Source: Eledone cirrhosa (Eukaryota). Taken from it: a stretch of DNA of 64,000 bases. Shown in pieces: positions 37,916 through 50,764 of this stretch. The translations under genes were made by a program, and so were the position numbers. The notes beneath the pieces were generated by a model that saw only the letters and a program-made list of their open reading frames with translations, did no database searches and was not told where the DNA came from. How positions within the stretch are numbered: position 1 is the stretch's first letter; every line of letters begins with the position of its first letter. The DNA lies in NCBI GenBank assembly GCA_964016885.1, contig CAXHJY010000660.1, positions 20,521-84,520 of the forward strand, written 5' to 3'.

Positions 37916-38001
37916 ATTAAAACCTACAATGTGGATCATGATAGGAAGTCCCCTTGTAGTCATGTGACCAAAGGAGGCTCTGAATCTTTTTGCTGTGAAA
38001 G
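37916..38001 (+). other. Candidate 86-nt internal exon of an unidentified gene
   Basis: Polypyrimidine TTTCTTTTTTCATTGTTACAG acceptor and AAG|GTAAGG donor. One open frame: IKTYNVDHDRKSPCSHVTKGGSESFCCE. Confidence 0.5.
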
Positions 38002-38445
38002 GTAAGGGTTATTTTCTGTAAAATTTGAAGGTATGAGTTATTTTCTGTAGAAGGTAAGGGCTGTTTTCTGTGAAAGTTAAAGGTTATTTTCTGTGAAAGT
38101 TAAGGACTATTCTCTGTGAAAGTTAAAGACTATTCTCTGTGAAAGTTAAGGAGTATTCTCTGTGAAAGTTAAGGAGTATTCTCTGTGAAAGTTAAGGAGT
38201 ATTCTCTGTGAAAGTTAAGGAGTATTCTCTGTGAAAGTTAAGGAGTATTCTCTGTGAAAGTTAAGGAGTATTCTCTGTGAAAGTTAAGGAGTATTCTCTG
38301 TGAAAGTTAAGGACTATTCTCTGTGAAAGTTAAGGAGTATTCTCTGTGAAAGTTAAGGAGTATTCTCTGTGAAAGTTAAGGAGTATTCTCTGTGAAAGTT
38401 AAGGACTATTCTCTGTGAAAGTTAAGGGCTATTTTCTGTGAAATT
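38002..38445. repeat. 23-bp minisatellite CTGTGAAAGTTAAGGAGTATTCT, ~17 regular copies plus degenerate lead-in
   Basis: Period 23 (TGTGAAAG at 38161 and 38184). Confidence 0.95.
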
Positions 38446-39674
38446 TTAAATCAGAGACATAAGATAAAATGAAAATGATATGCATTTTGATTATGTGTTC
38501 GTATTAATTCTACACTTCTATTTGTTTCTCTCTACTTGTTCTCTCTCTATATCTATTTGTCACTCTGTCTCTTTGTTTCTCTCTCTCTCTGCGCGCACAC
38601 ACGCACACGCACACACATCAAATGTTGAGATGTTTTCTTTCCATTTTGGCACCACTACCACCACCTCAGTTTTCAAAGTACAAGACTCAACAGCAATTAT
38701 GGAAAGAAGGCCCTGAGGGGAATTAATGATTTATTTGCTCGGAATGTATGCAAGAGAATCCAAAGATCTTAGTCTTTGTTGATGTAACACTGCTAATAAT
38801 AATAATAATAATAATAATAAAAATATTTCTATCGATACATGTCTTCTGTGTCACAAACCATGTGTTTGATGTCTCTAGTCTTTAATTGCCTCCCAAGATT
38901 CAGTTTATACATGAAAAGATTATAAATGTTTCATTCTATTGGTTTGCGATCATTTTAAGGGGGGGGGGGGATTTTGCTCATGGTAATTCTTTATTAGACA
39001 ATTGACTTCCGATATTCAGTTTTCCAAATCTTGTAGTAGCTGGAAGTTAATAAAATAAAATATACTCAATCCTTTTAAATATATTGCAACTAGATTTAAC
39101 AGTATTTCTCTAAATCTTTATTCTGTAAAATACCATATATACTTGTGTATAAGCTGCACCTCCATTTTATGTACTATAATTACAATATTTCACATGTTTT
39201 GAATCAGTTTTGTAGGTCCAGTAGATAAGTTTAACATTGGATTTTTTTAGCTGTGTTTTTATATACATTTGTTTCATTTCATATATTTTGAATTGAGCTT
39301 TTGTTAGTCCATTAAATAATGTGCATGTTGGTTTTATATACATTTATATACGTATATTTATATATACATTTACAATATTTCATATATTTTGATTGGTTTT
39401 CTAAGTATAGTATATAAAACACGTTGGTTTTATATACATTCATTTTATATACACATATAAGGGCCGAAACACTCGCTTGAGGTGGGGTTCGTCTCTGAAG
39501 ACCTCCTTTTGTTCAGCTCTCCTGAGAGTTTCTTACCACATATAGATATACAATATTCCATATATTTTGGATTGAGGTTTTGTGAATTCAGATAAATCGC
39601 TTGTTGGTTTTTCAAGTTGTATTTTCATGGAGATAAATATGACCTGTACAACAGTGTATGTATATATATATATA

Positions 39675-41675
39675 TCATCATCATCATCAAGGTTTAGCGT
39701 CCGTGTCCCACGCTTGCATGGGTTTGGACGGGGGTTTTCCCACTTGAGGCAAGAGTGGTTGTCTTGCTCGCATAGGACTGTCTGGCGGGTTTTCTACAGC
39801 TGGATGCCCTTCCTAACACCAACCACATTTACAGTGTGGGGCTGGGAGGTTTTTACTGTGTTGCCTACACGGCCACATTTACAGCGTGGACTGTGTGATT
39901 TTTGTCGTGACACCACGATCTCATTTGTTTTGGCCTGGATGTTGTGGCACCAACATAACTTTACATTGAAAGGGGCGATGTGGATGGGGTGGGGGTGGTG
40001 GGACGGGGGTGTGTTTTGATAGAGATGCCTACTGACTGTAGTAGGTTTTACTTTGTATTTAGGTAAGGCGGGTCTTCTCTATTACTGAGTACCGCCAAAG
40101 GTCTCGGTCCAGTGACATTGTCTTGGAGAGGTGTAAGCGTGTGAGGTCGGAATTTATCATGTCGTCCCAGGTTTTTCTGGGTCTGCCTACTCCGTGGCTA
40201 CTGTCTATCTTTATTGCCCTGCACTTTGTTATACAGCTGTCGTCTTTCATGCGTATCACGTGACCATACCAACGTAGCCTTCTCTCGAGTAAACATCTGA
40301 TCCCTCTTATTTCTAATTTTTTCCTTAGTTCGTTTATGCTTAGCCGTTCACGTATATTACTATTGCACATTCAGCAGAGCATGCAAGCTTCGTTCCTCTC
40401 TAGTCTGCGTATATCCTCTGCACACAATGCCCAGGTCTCACTGCCATGCAGCATTGCTGTTCGTATGCAGGCATCGTATAACCTGCCTTTCATTTTTAGG
40501 GAGAACCCTTTAACGGCTAATAGTGGTATAAGCTCTCTGAACTTTTTCCATCCAGTTCTGACTCTAGCTACTGTACTTTCAGAGCACCCTCCCCCACTGC
40601 TGATTTTGTCACCCAGGTAACGGAAGCTGTCCACTATTTCTATAGAACCCTCTGCGCAATTGAAAGAGCTAGTATTTTGTGGGCACTTGCTGCTACTTAT
40701 TGCACCAGAGCACCGGCCACATGTAAAATCTATGTTCTTAGTTAGCTTACCTGTGATCCCACTACATCTTTTATGCACCCATACTTTGCATTTGGGACAT
40801 AAAATGGAGTTTCTACCTACGCCTTTCCTACACACTGAGCATGGCCATTTCCCGGAAGGGACCACCGCCTTATTTTCTTTCCTACAAACTAGAACTTTAG
40901 TCTTAGCCAGGTTAATTTTAAGGCCTTTTGATTCTTGGCCGTGCTTCCATGTTTGGAATTTCTTCTCTACTCTAGTTCGGTCATTGATTCAGCTATGAGC
41001 GTTAGATCATCTGCGTATAGGAGTTCCCATGGGCAGCCGGTCTTGAACTCTTCTGTTATAGCCTGAAGGGCAATAATAAATAGTAGGGGGCTAAGAACAG
41101 AGCCCTGATGGACACCAACTTTTACGCTAAACTCTTCACTATATTCGTTGTTAATTCTAACCTTGCTGACTGTTTCTTTATACATGGCTTGTATAGCTCT
41201 CACAAGCCATTCATCAACACCTAGTTTTCTTAGAGCCCACCAGATAATGGAATGGGGGACTCTGTCGAAGGCTTTCTCCAAGTCGACAAAGGCTAAGTAT
41301 AGGGGTTTACTTTTAGCTAGGTACTTCTCCTGTAGTTGTCGTACAATGAAAAGAGCGTCTGTGGTACTTTTGCCTGACACAAACCCGAACTGCATTTCAT
41401 CTAGATCAATTCTCTCTCTGATTAGTTGCACTTTTACTTTTTCCGTGACCTTCATGACCTGGTCGATTAATTTAATGCCTCTATAGTTACACCTATCTAG
41501 GGCATCTCCTTTACCCTTGTAACAGTTAATGATGATGCTGCTATGCCAGTCCTTCGGAACAACCCCATTCTGTATGACTTGGTTTACTATCCGGGTGACC
41601 ATGGTGTGTCCCACCGTTCCAGAGGCTTTCAGCATCGTTCCAGAGGCTTTCAGCATCGTAACAGAGGCTTTAAGC

Positions 41676-41677
<2 letters not shown>
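39675..41677 (-). mobile_element. RTE LINE subfamily A, 5'-truncated and disrupted
   Basis: RT motifs FVDLEKAFD, GVHQGSVLSP and LYADD. Frameshift near 40970 and stop at 40371. (GAT)n tail and (TA)n on both flanks. Closely matches 61430-63353. Confidence 0.95.
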
Positions 41678-41707
<30 letters not shown>

Positions 41708-41853
41708 ATAATCAGGATTGAATCAGTTTTAAACTAGTTAGACCATTATTCAACAAAGTACTCCTAGTTGGGATAGCAGAGTATGACTATATTAGAAAGA
41801 GTTGGGCCCCGACAGCTGAGCTCTTGCCGTTTCAACACCTAGTTCCAGACTTT

Positions 41854-41913
<60 letters not shown>

Positions 41914-42878
41914 ATCAGCAATGAGTATAGCGAGGAATTTAACGTACAGGTTGGTGTCCACCAGAGCTCTGTTCATCATAGTCCTGCAGGCAATAATGGA
42001 GGAGTTTAAGACCGGAAGTTCATGGGAACTCCTGTATGCAGATGACCTCGCACTTATAGCTGAATCTATGGTAGCACTAGAGAAGAAATTCCAAACTTGG
42101 AAGCAGGGACTAGAAAGAAAGGGTCTCAAAGTCAACATGACAAAGACTAAGGTCCTTGTAAGTAGACGAGAAAACAGAACCCAGATCCCCTCAGGGAAAT
42201 GGCCTTGCTCAGTATGTAGGAAAGGTGTAGGTACGAACTCCATTCTCTGCCCTAAATGCAAACAATGGGTACACAAGAGATGTAGCGGGATCTCAGGAAG
42301 CTTAATTAAGAATGTAGGCTTCACATGTAGCAGCTGTGCTGGGACAGCAAGCAGCAAACAGCCACAGGAAACAAGTACCACCAAACTCTGGGAGGGCTCT
42401 GTAGAAACAGTAGACAGCTTCTACTACCTAGGTGACTGAATTAGCAGCGGAGGTGGGTGTTCAGAAAGTACAATAACTAGGGTAAGAACGGGATGGAAGA
42501 AGTTCAGGGAACTACTACCACTGCTAGCTGCAAAAGGCTTCTCCCTCAAAATGAAAGGCAGACTGTATGATGCGTGTATCCGAACAGCAATGTTACATGG
42601 TAGTGAGACCTGGGCGCTGAAGGTGGAAGACTTACGTAGATTAGAAACAAACAAAGCCTGCATGCTCCGATGGATGTGTAATAGTAATATACGCGAACGG
42701 CAAAGCATAAATGAATTGAGAGAGAGACTGAGCATAAGAGGAATCAAATGCTGTGTGCAGGAGAGGCGGTTGTGTTGGTATGGACATGTGATGCGTATGA
42801 AGGATGACAGCTGCATAAAAAGGTGCAGAGCACTAGAAGTCGATGGAAACCGCAGAGTGGGGAGACCCAAGATGGCCT
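41914..42878 (+). mobile_element. RTE LINE subfamily B internal fragment
   Basis: LYADD, Cys-rich finger and RRLCWYGHVMRM. Stop at 42437 and a 17-bp deletion near 41974. Confidence 0.93.
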
Positions 42879-42944
42879 GGTGGTGGTGATGGTGGTGGTG
42901 ATGGTGATGGTGATGGTCGTGATGATGACGATGACGACGACGAC

Positions 42945-43115
42945 CATCGTTTTACGTCCGTTCTTCCATGCTAGCATGGGTTAGACGGGTTGTCCTGTTG
43001 TGGGCAGTGTCTGATCAGCTGTCCATGCCTTGCTCATACAGGAACTGATTTTGGCTTGATTTCTACAGCTGGATGCTCTTCTTAACACCAAGCTCATTTA
43101 CAGTGAGTGCGGGTG
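42945..43115 (-). mobile_element. RTE-B 3' UTR terminus in opposite orientation
   Basis: Matches 44080-44245. Confidence 0.88.
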
Positions 43116-43529
43116 GGCGGTCAAAATCTCTTTAGATTAATTTTTCAACATTGTCATAGCTACTTTACAATCTGCTGAATAATCTTTGAAGTTCGCTTCT
43201 CAAAAATGCATTCTCAGGTTCAATCCCACTCCATTTACTATGAGTGAAATTGAGTAGATGAAAACTGTTTGGAGGTATGTTAGATGGATTGTACTTGTAA
43301 TTCAAAAGTCCAGCTTTGTTTCACCGAATCTCCCTGAGACTTATGTACACATGTCTGTAGTAGAATTGTCAGTAATTTGATCATTAATTTCCCAAGCTGG
43401 CTGTCCTATTGATTGAACAACTGGTACATTCATTGTTGAAACTAACTGATGGTGGTCCATTCTATAATAGTTTAGTGTTGTGTAATAGATTGTGGAATCA
43501 AGAACTTGCTTATTGTCTCAAAATAGGAA

Positions 43530-44057
43530 TTATGTAACTTAGTGTTGCGAAATAGTTGAGGCATTATTGTGTAGTTTTATTGTTAAATCATTGTGTATGC
43601 TGTAAATTGTGAGGTGCTGTGTAATGTTAAATAGTTGAGGAAATACAGTGTAATGTTGTTAAATCATTATGAGACACTAGTGTAATTATGTTGTTAAATA
43701 GTTGCGAGGTACTACAGTGTAGTTATATTAAATAGTTGTGAGGTACTACTGTGTAGTAATGTTAAATCATTGAGACACTACAGAGTAGTTGTGTTGTTAA
43801 ATAGTTGTGAGGTACTACTGTGTAGTAGTGTTGTTAAATATGTGAGGTACTACTGTGTAGTAATGTTGATAAATATTTGTGAGGTAATAGTGTAGTGTTA
43901 TTAAATAGTTGCGAGGTACTATTGTGTAGTTGTGTTGTTAGTTATGAGGTATTACAGTTTAGTTGTTGTTAAATTGTTGTGAGGTACTACAATGTAGTTG
44001 TTTTAAATAGATGTGAGGAGTAGTTTTATAATTAAATGGTTGTGAGGCATTACAGTG
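43530..44057. repeat. Degenerate ~35-40-bp tandem repeat (TGTTAAATAGTTGTGAGGTACTACTGTGTAG)
   Basis: Recurring core that resumes briefly at 45061 after the RTE insertion. Confidence 0.75.
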
Positions 44058-45061
44058 TCATCATCATCATCATCATCACCGTTTTACGTCCGTTCTTCCA
44101 CGCTAACATGGGTTAGACGGGTTGTCCTGTTGTGGGCAGTGTCTGGTCGGCTGACCATGCCTTGCTCATACAGGAACTGATTTGGCTTGATTTCTACAGC
44201 TGGATGCCCTTCCTAACACCAACCTCATTTACAGTGAGTGCTGGGTGTTTTTTTTCCGTGGCGCCTACACGTCCACTTTACAGTGTGGGCTGGGTGCTTT
44301 TTTTGCCATGGCACCTCCACGACCACCTTGCGTGGAGGGTGTGGGGGCATATTGTCTATATGCTTCAGCTTGTACCCATGGGAGGTCGGGTACTCTGTAT
44401 CACTGCGTGACGCCAGAGGTCACGGTCGTGTGTCATCGCCTTTGAGAGGTGTAATTGGCTAAGGTCGGCTTTTATCACCTCATCCCAGGTCATCTTGGGT
44501 CTCCCCACTCCGCGGTTTCCATCAACTGCTAGTGCTCTGCACCTTTTTATGCAGCTGTCATCCTTCATACGCATCACATGTCCATACCAGCGCAACCGCC
44601 TCTCCTGCACACAGCATTTGATTCCTCTTATGCTCAGTCTCTCGCTCAATTCATTTATGCTTTGTCGGTCGCGTATATTACTATTACACATCCATCGGAG
44701 CATGCAGGCTTCGTTTCTCTCTAATCTACGTAAGTCTTCCACCTTCAGCGCCCAGGTCTCACTATCATGCAACATCGCTGTTCGGATACACGCATCATAC
44801 AGCCTGCCTTTCATTTTGAGGGAGAAGCCTTTTGCAGCTAGCAGTGGTAGTAGTTCCCTAAACTTCTTCCATCCCGTTCTTACCCTAGTTATTGTACTTT
44901 CTGAACACCCACCTCCGCTGCTAATTTGGTCACCTAGGTAGCAGAAGCTGTCTACTGTTTCTACAGAGCCCTCCCAGAGATTGGTGGTACTTGTTTCCTG
45001 TGGCTGTTTGCTGCTTGCTGTCCCAGCACAGCTGCTGCATGTGAAGCCAACATTCTTAATT
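44058..45061 (-). mobile_element. RTE LINE subfamily B, 3' ~1 kb
   Basis: C-terminal ORF ...GRPKMTWDEVIKADL..., 3' UTR and (GAT)n tail. Confidence 0.95.
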
Positions 45062-45509
45062 GTAATGTTGTTAAATAGGTTTGGGAGATTCCTGTTCTTT
45101 AAGCCAAATTGTGAATTAAGTGTTATGTTTTCGTTTTCTTCTAGCTGGGTGTGTCTGAAGAAATCTTTATTTCTGCCTAAATGAATCATTTTATGCCAAA
45201 TTTATTTTGCTGAGTGAATATAATATTTCCACTTTTCAGTTATTTTTTTGTATAATCCAGATGTCAGGGAAAATACAGTTGTTAATATATTTTAAAATTT
45301 GAAATTTTCTTCATAATTCAGAAAATTAATGGAAACAGCTGTTTTAGCACCATATAACTAATCAATATATATTATTTGTGTTTAACAAACTATTTACAAT
45401 CCATTGATTTTCCATGTTTAATTTTCTTTGTTTTTACACTATCGTAACAAATTTTATTCTACTTGGTTTTTCTTTCAATGCAGTTTGTCTTCATTCTAAT
45501 TTTCAGACC

Positions 45510-45830
45510 ATGAAGGCCTGTAGCTAAGTGGTTAGGGTTTATGGCTGATGGTTGTAATATTAGGAGTTCAATTCTTAACAGTATGTTGTTTCCTTGAGAA
45601 AAAACACTTTATTTCACATCGCTCCAGTTCACTCAGCTGGAAAGAAATGAACTGTACCTATGATTCAGAAGGCCAGCTTTATCATGCACTGTCATGTTGA
45701 ATCTCCCTGAGAATTACTTTATAAGTACACATGGCTGTAGAGTGCTCAGCCACTTGTATGTTAATTTCATGAGCAAACTATTCTATTGCTCACACAATTG
45801 GAACACTTGGCATTAGTATTGATGACATTC
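45510..45830 (+). mobile_element. Old CORE-type SINE
   Basis: AGTGGTTAGGG...GAGTTCAATTC...CACTTTATTTCACAT.GCTCCAGT. Its 3' part is shared with 31400-31620 and 43280-43440. Confidence 0.6.
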
Positions 45831-45860
45831 CAACACCATACATAACATTTCAGTTCAATA

Positions 45861-46088
45861 TAGGGTGTATCAGAAAGAATCATCTGATTTCAAAAGGCTA
45901 TATTTTTTTAACAAATGAACATATAAAATCATGTGCTAACTTGTACAATACATGTCTGAATATAAAATTTTATTTACAATTTTTACAAATGTTCAATATA
46001 CCTTACTCTGGACACACAGCATACATCTACATGACACTCAAGTAAGGAATAGGATTGACTGTCCAATGATCCTTTTTGGTACACCCTA
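45861..46088. mobile_element. Tc1/mariner-type MITE
   Basis: TA-TAGGGTGTATCAGAAAGAATC...GATCCTTTTTGGTACACCCTA-TA inverted termini. Confidence 0.7.
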
Positions 46089-47143
46089 TATTCTCCTTAT
46101 TAACATTTAACATCTGATTTTCTACATAGCATGTGTTTGATGGGTTATTACTGACCAAGTCAATATTTAAGAGCTACTGAACCTTATCTAGGGGGAAGAT
46201 ATGTAGTTTTGGTGAAACCTGGATAAACTTTGTTTCATCCAACCCATGCGAGCATAGAAATACAGGTGTAAAATGATAATTGCTCTTAATTTTTTTTCTT
46301 TCTATTACAAAAACTGATTTCAAAGGTGGCAAATGTCTTTGTTTTTAATCTGAAAATCTGCCCTATGAAAATGTTTAGAGAGATTAAAAGTCTACCTCCA
46401 GCCTGAAGGCTCATCAGGCTGGAGCTTATGACAGTTTCATTGGCGTTAATCCTCCTGTTAGTACACATTGTTTTCTACTGAGTAGACTGAAGCAATGTAA
46501 AGTGAAGAGCCTTGCTCAAGTATACAATGTCGCATAAACTTGGGAGTCAGACGAATGTGATAAGTACCTTGCTCAAGGATACAATGTGTCACTTAACCTT
46601 GGGGAGGGAGGAAATCAGACCCACGACCTTATATGTAAGCCAAAATACTCAAATTACTAGATAATGATCTCCGTCATTTGCCCTCACCTATTCTTATACC
46701 AAAATCTCTTTCAAACGTGAAAACATTTGTTTTAAACTTGAAAATTTTCTGTCCTATAAATATATTTAGCAAGTAAATTTCTCATTGATTGTGTAATGAC
46801 CAAAAGATTTAGCTAATGTCAGTTAGTAATGATTGCGTTGTTGTACAGTGTTTCATATATAGTATGGTACACTTAATATCAAAGTTTAGTTTATGTCAGT
46901 AATGACTACACTGTTTACAATTGATGTACAGTATATAGTATGGAACACTTAGTATTGAAGTTTAGCTAGTATCAGTTAGTAATGGTTACAGTTTAAAACT
47001 ATGATGGTGTACAGTGTTTGGTATATAGTAGGGTACACTTAATATCAAACTTTAGCTAATGTCAGTAATGACTATACTGTTTAAGACTGACAGTGTACAG
47101 TACACTTAGTATTTGTTACTAGTATCAATAAGGGCTACCCAGT

Positions 47144-47354
47144 TTAACCCTTTAGTATTTAAACTGGCTGTATCTAGCCAGAATTCTCTCACCTCTTTCT
47201 GTTCAAACTGGTTGCTCATACTTATGTTAAGGTATTGTTCTCAAAATAAATATCAAAATCTTGTTGATTCGATATTATGCGAGATAATTGAGGTAAAGTC
47301 TTTACTGTGAATATACAATAGTAAATATAGAGTAATGTAAATGCTAAAGGGTTA
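47144..47354. mobile_element. piggyBac-type MITE, copy 3
   Basis: TTAACCCTTTAGTATTTA...TAAATGCTAAAGGGTTAA. Confidence 0.85.
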
Positions 47355-47689
47355 ATACTATGATGGTGTAAAGTGTTGGGTATGTAGTGTGGTACTTATT
47401 TTCTTGTGATGCTGTTTATATTGTTTTATATTTGCCTAGTAACAAAAACTGTTGGCAGTTGTATTAGGGTTAATATAGTGAGTCATTTGACAATATTACA
47501 TGTGAAGACTGTTGTTCAGTTTACAAGAAACAAGCACCTAATGTTTAGTTAAAAGAAGATATAGTAACATGTTATTTAATCTAAATCTCATTTGAAGGTC
47601 GACATTTACTCATGTTTACATTCTTAGCTTTCACTCCTTTTTAAAAAAAACTTGTTTATCTATTGTTTTTTTTCATTAGATTATTTATT

Positions 47690-48017
47690 CATTTAACGGT
47701 TTCAGTCATTGGAGTGAGACAATGCCGGATATATATTTTAGTTGATCATATTGACCCTAGTACCTATTTATTTCTTTAAAATCTACTACTTATTTTATTG
47801 ATTTCTGTTTTGTTGAACCACCGGGTTACTGGACATAAGCAAACAATGTTGTATGTAAGGTGGGCATATAAAGTTTCAGTCCACCAAATTTCACTCACAA
47901 CACATTAGTCAATTTGAGGCAAGAGTGGAAGATACTTGTTCAAGGAGTCGCACAGTGGGACTGAACACACTGTGGTTGCAAAGTAAACTCCTTAACCACA
48001 CAGCCATGCTTGCACTT
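47690..48017 (-). mobile_element. SINE of the CR1-tailed family, degenerate
   Basis: GTTTCAGTCATT...CAGTGGGACTGAAC...CCTTAACCACACAGCCATG. Confidence 0.7.
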
Positions 48018-48259
48018 GTTTAAAAAAAAAATATAAATTCTTATTGATGTATCTTTTAACTCAACAAACTGATGATTCTATAAATGTCACATTTTTAATG
48101 AATCCATAAATGAATATGTTGCATACTTTCTGGATAATTAGTTTAAATTGACCTTATATTTCAGTAGCTGTAATGTTGCTGTCTTTGCAACATTAGTTAA
48201 AACTTTTTTCTTTAGGACATTAGTAAAAAGTTTTTTCAGAAATAGTTCAAGTAATTGAT

Positions 48260-48508
48260 TTAACTCTTTTGATACCAAACTATCTGAAACCACTCCTGGT
48301 TTTATGATACTAAATTGTTAGGTTTAAAATGTTTATATTAAATTTCTATCAATTTTATGTAAGAACCTTTGCTAAGTTATGTTCCAACCACCAACTTAAT
48401 AATGAGAAAGTTACAATTCCAAATCATTTTAAAGTCTTGATTCCTTTCATAATTAATTGAAAATCATAGGCAGTATCTTTCATTAGAAATATTGTAACAG
48501 AAAGGTTA
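48260..48508. mobile_element. Old piggyBac-like MITE
   Basis: TTAACTCTTTTGATACCA...GTAACAGAAAGGTTAA. Related fragments occur near 6120, 9200-9730, 22300, 27400, 29570 and 30370. Confidence 0.6.
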
Positions 48509-49067
48509 AAGTGCAGTAAGGTATGGTTTGAGATTTGGCTGTTGTTTCTAGCATGTTGATTAACCACATATAGGGGCTCTATTATTGTCTTGTCATGGGC
48601 AAAATATGGCCTGATTGGTTTCTGAATGGCAGGCCTAATGGAAAACTACCTTGAATTTTTTTAGTAGTGTGGCTCACTTTATGATGAGCTTTATCTCGTG
48701 TTGCCAACTAATTGGAAAAGGTTGCCCATGCCTGGTCTAAACATTTGTTTGTGCTGTGGTGGAAAGTGGCCACTGTTAAAGTATCTTTCAATATTTACCA
48801 GTCTCTCTCTCTCTCTCATTTCAAGTTGTTGTTCTCCATAACTTTACTGTCTACAGTCTGAACTCACGAACCATCAATCAATGTTGGCAGATACATTTCT
48901 TAGTAAAGATTTGTATATAAAGTATTTATATATAAAGTATATATAAAGTAAAAACCTTTGTGTAATGTTTATAGAAAAAGATGTCTGTTTAGACTTTGAT
49001 AAAGAAAACAAGTTGAAATTGCTTTACAAGATTATGGATGGTGGTGGCTTCTACATGTCGACACTGA

Positions 49068-49729
49068 TGTATATATATATGAATGTATATATGAAATGAA
49101 TGTGTGTGTATATATATATATATATGAATGAATGTATATATATATGAATGTATATATGAAATGAATGTGTATATATATATATATATGAATGAATATATAT
49201 ATATATATAAATGTATATGTATATGTATATGTATATATATATGTATATATATATAAATGTATATATATATGTATATATATATAAATGTATATATATATGT
49301 ATATATATATAAATGTATATATATATGTATATATATATAAATGTATATATATATAAATGTATATATGTATATATATATAAATGTATATATATATATAAAT
49401 GTATATATATATATAAATGTATATATATATGTATATATATATAAATGTATATATATATGTATATATATATAAATGTATATATATATGTATATAAATGTAT
49501 ATGTATATATATATAAATGTATATATATATGTATATAAATGTATATGTATATATATATAAATGTATATATATATATGTATATATATATAAATGTATATAT
49601 ATATATGTATATATATATAAATGTATATATATATGTATATATATATAAATGTATATATATATATGTATGTATATATATATAAATGTATATATATATGTAT
49701 GTATATATATATAAATGTATATATATATG

Positions 49730-49760
<31 letters not shown>

Positions 49761-50662
49761 GTATATATATATAAATGTATGTATATATATATAAATGTAT
49801 ATATATATATATATGTATGTATATATATATAAATGTATATATATATATATATATATGTATGTATATATATATAAATGTATATATATATATATATGTATGT
49901 ATATATATATAAATGTATATATATATATATATGTATGTATATATATATAAATGTATATGTATATATATATGTATATATATATATATATGTATATGTATAT
50001 ATATATAAATGTATATATATATAAATGTATATATATATAAATGTATATATATATAAATGTATATATATATAAATGTATATATATATAAATGTATATATAT
50101 ATATGTATGTATATATATATATGTATGTATATATATATATGTATGTATATATATATATGTATGTATATATATATAAATGTATATATATATATATAAATGT
50201 ATATATATATATATGTATATGTATATATATATAAATGTATATGTATATATATATAAATGTATATGTATATATATATAAATGTATATGTATATATATATAA
50301 ATGTATATGTATATATATATAAATGTATATATATATATATGTATATGTATATATATATATATGTATATGTATATATATATATATGTATATATATATAAAT
50401 GTATATGTATATATATATAAATGTATATGTATATATATATAAATGTATATGTATATATATATAAATGTATATGTATATATATATAAATGTATATGTATAT
50501 ATATATAAATGTATATGTATATATATATAAATGTATATGTATATATATATAAATGTATATGTATATGTATATATATATAAATGTATATATATATATATAT
50601 ATAAATGTATATATATATATATATGTATATATATATAAATGTATATATATATATATATATAA

Positions 50663-50698
<36 letters not shown>

Positions 50699-50764
50699 GT
50701 ATATATATATATATATAAATGTATATATATATATATATATATATAAATGTATATGTATATATAA
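49068..50764. repeat. (TA)n-based array with TAAATG/TATG interruptions
   Basis: Directly visible. Confidence 0.97.

Noticed and set aside
39460-39505. GGCCGAAAC and CTGAAGA hammerhead-like words
   Set aside because: Stem II cannot close and the cleavage triplet would be NUG. At most a decayed remnant.
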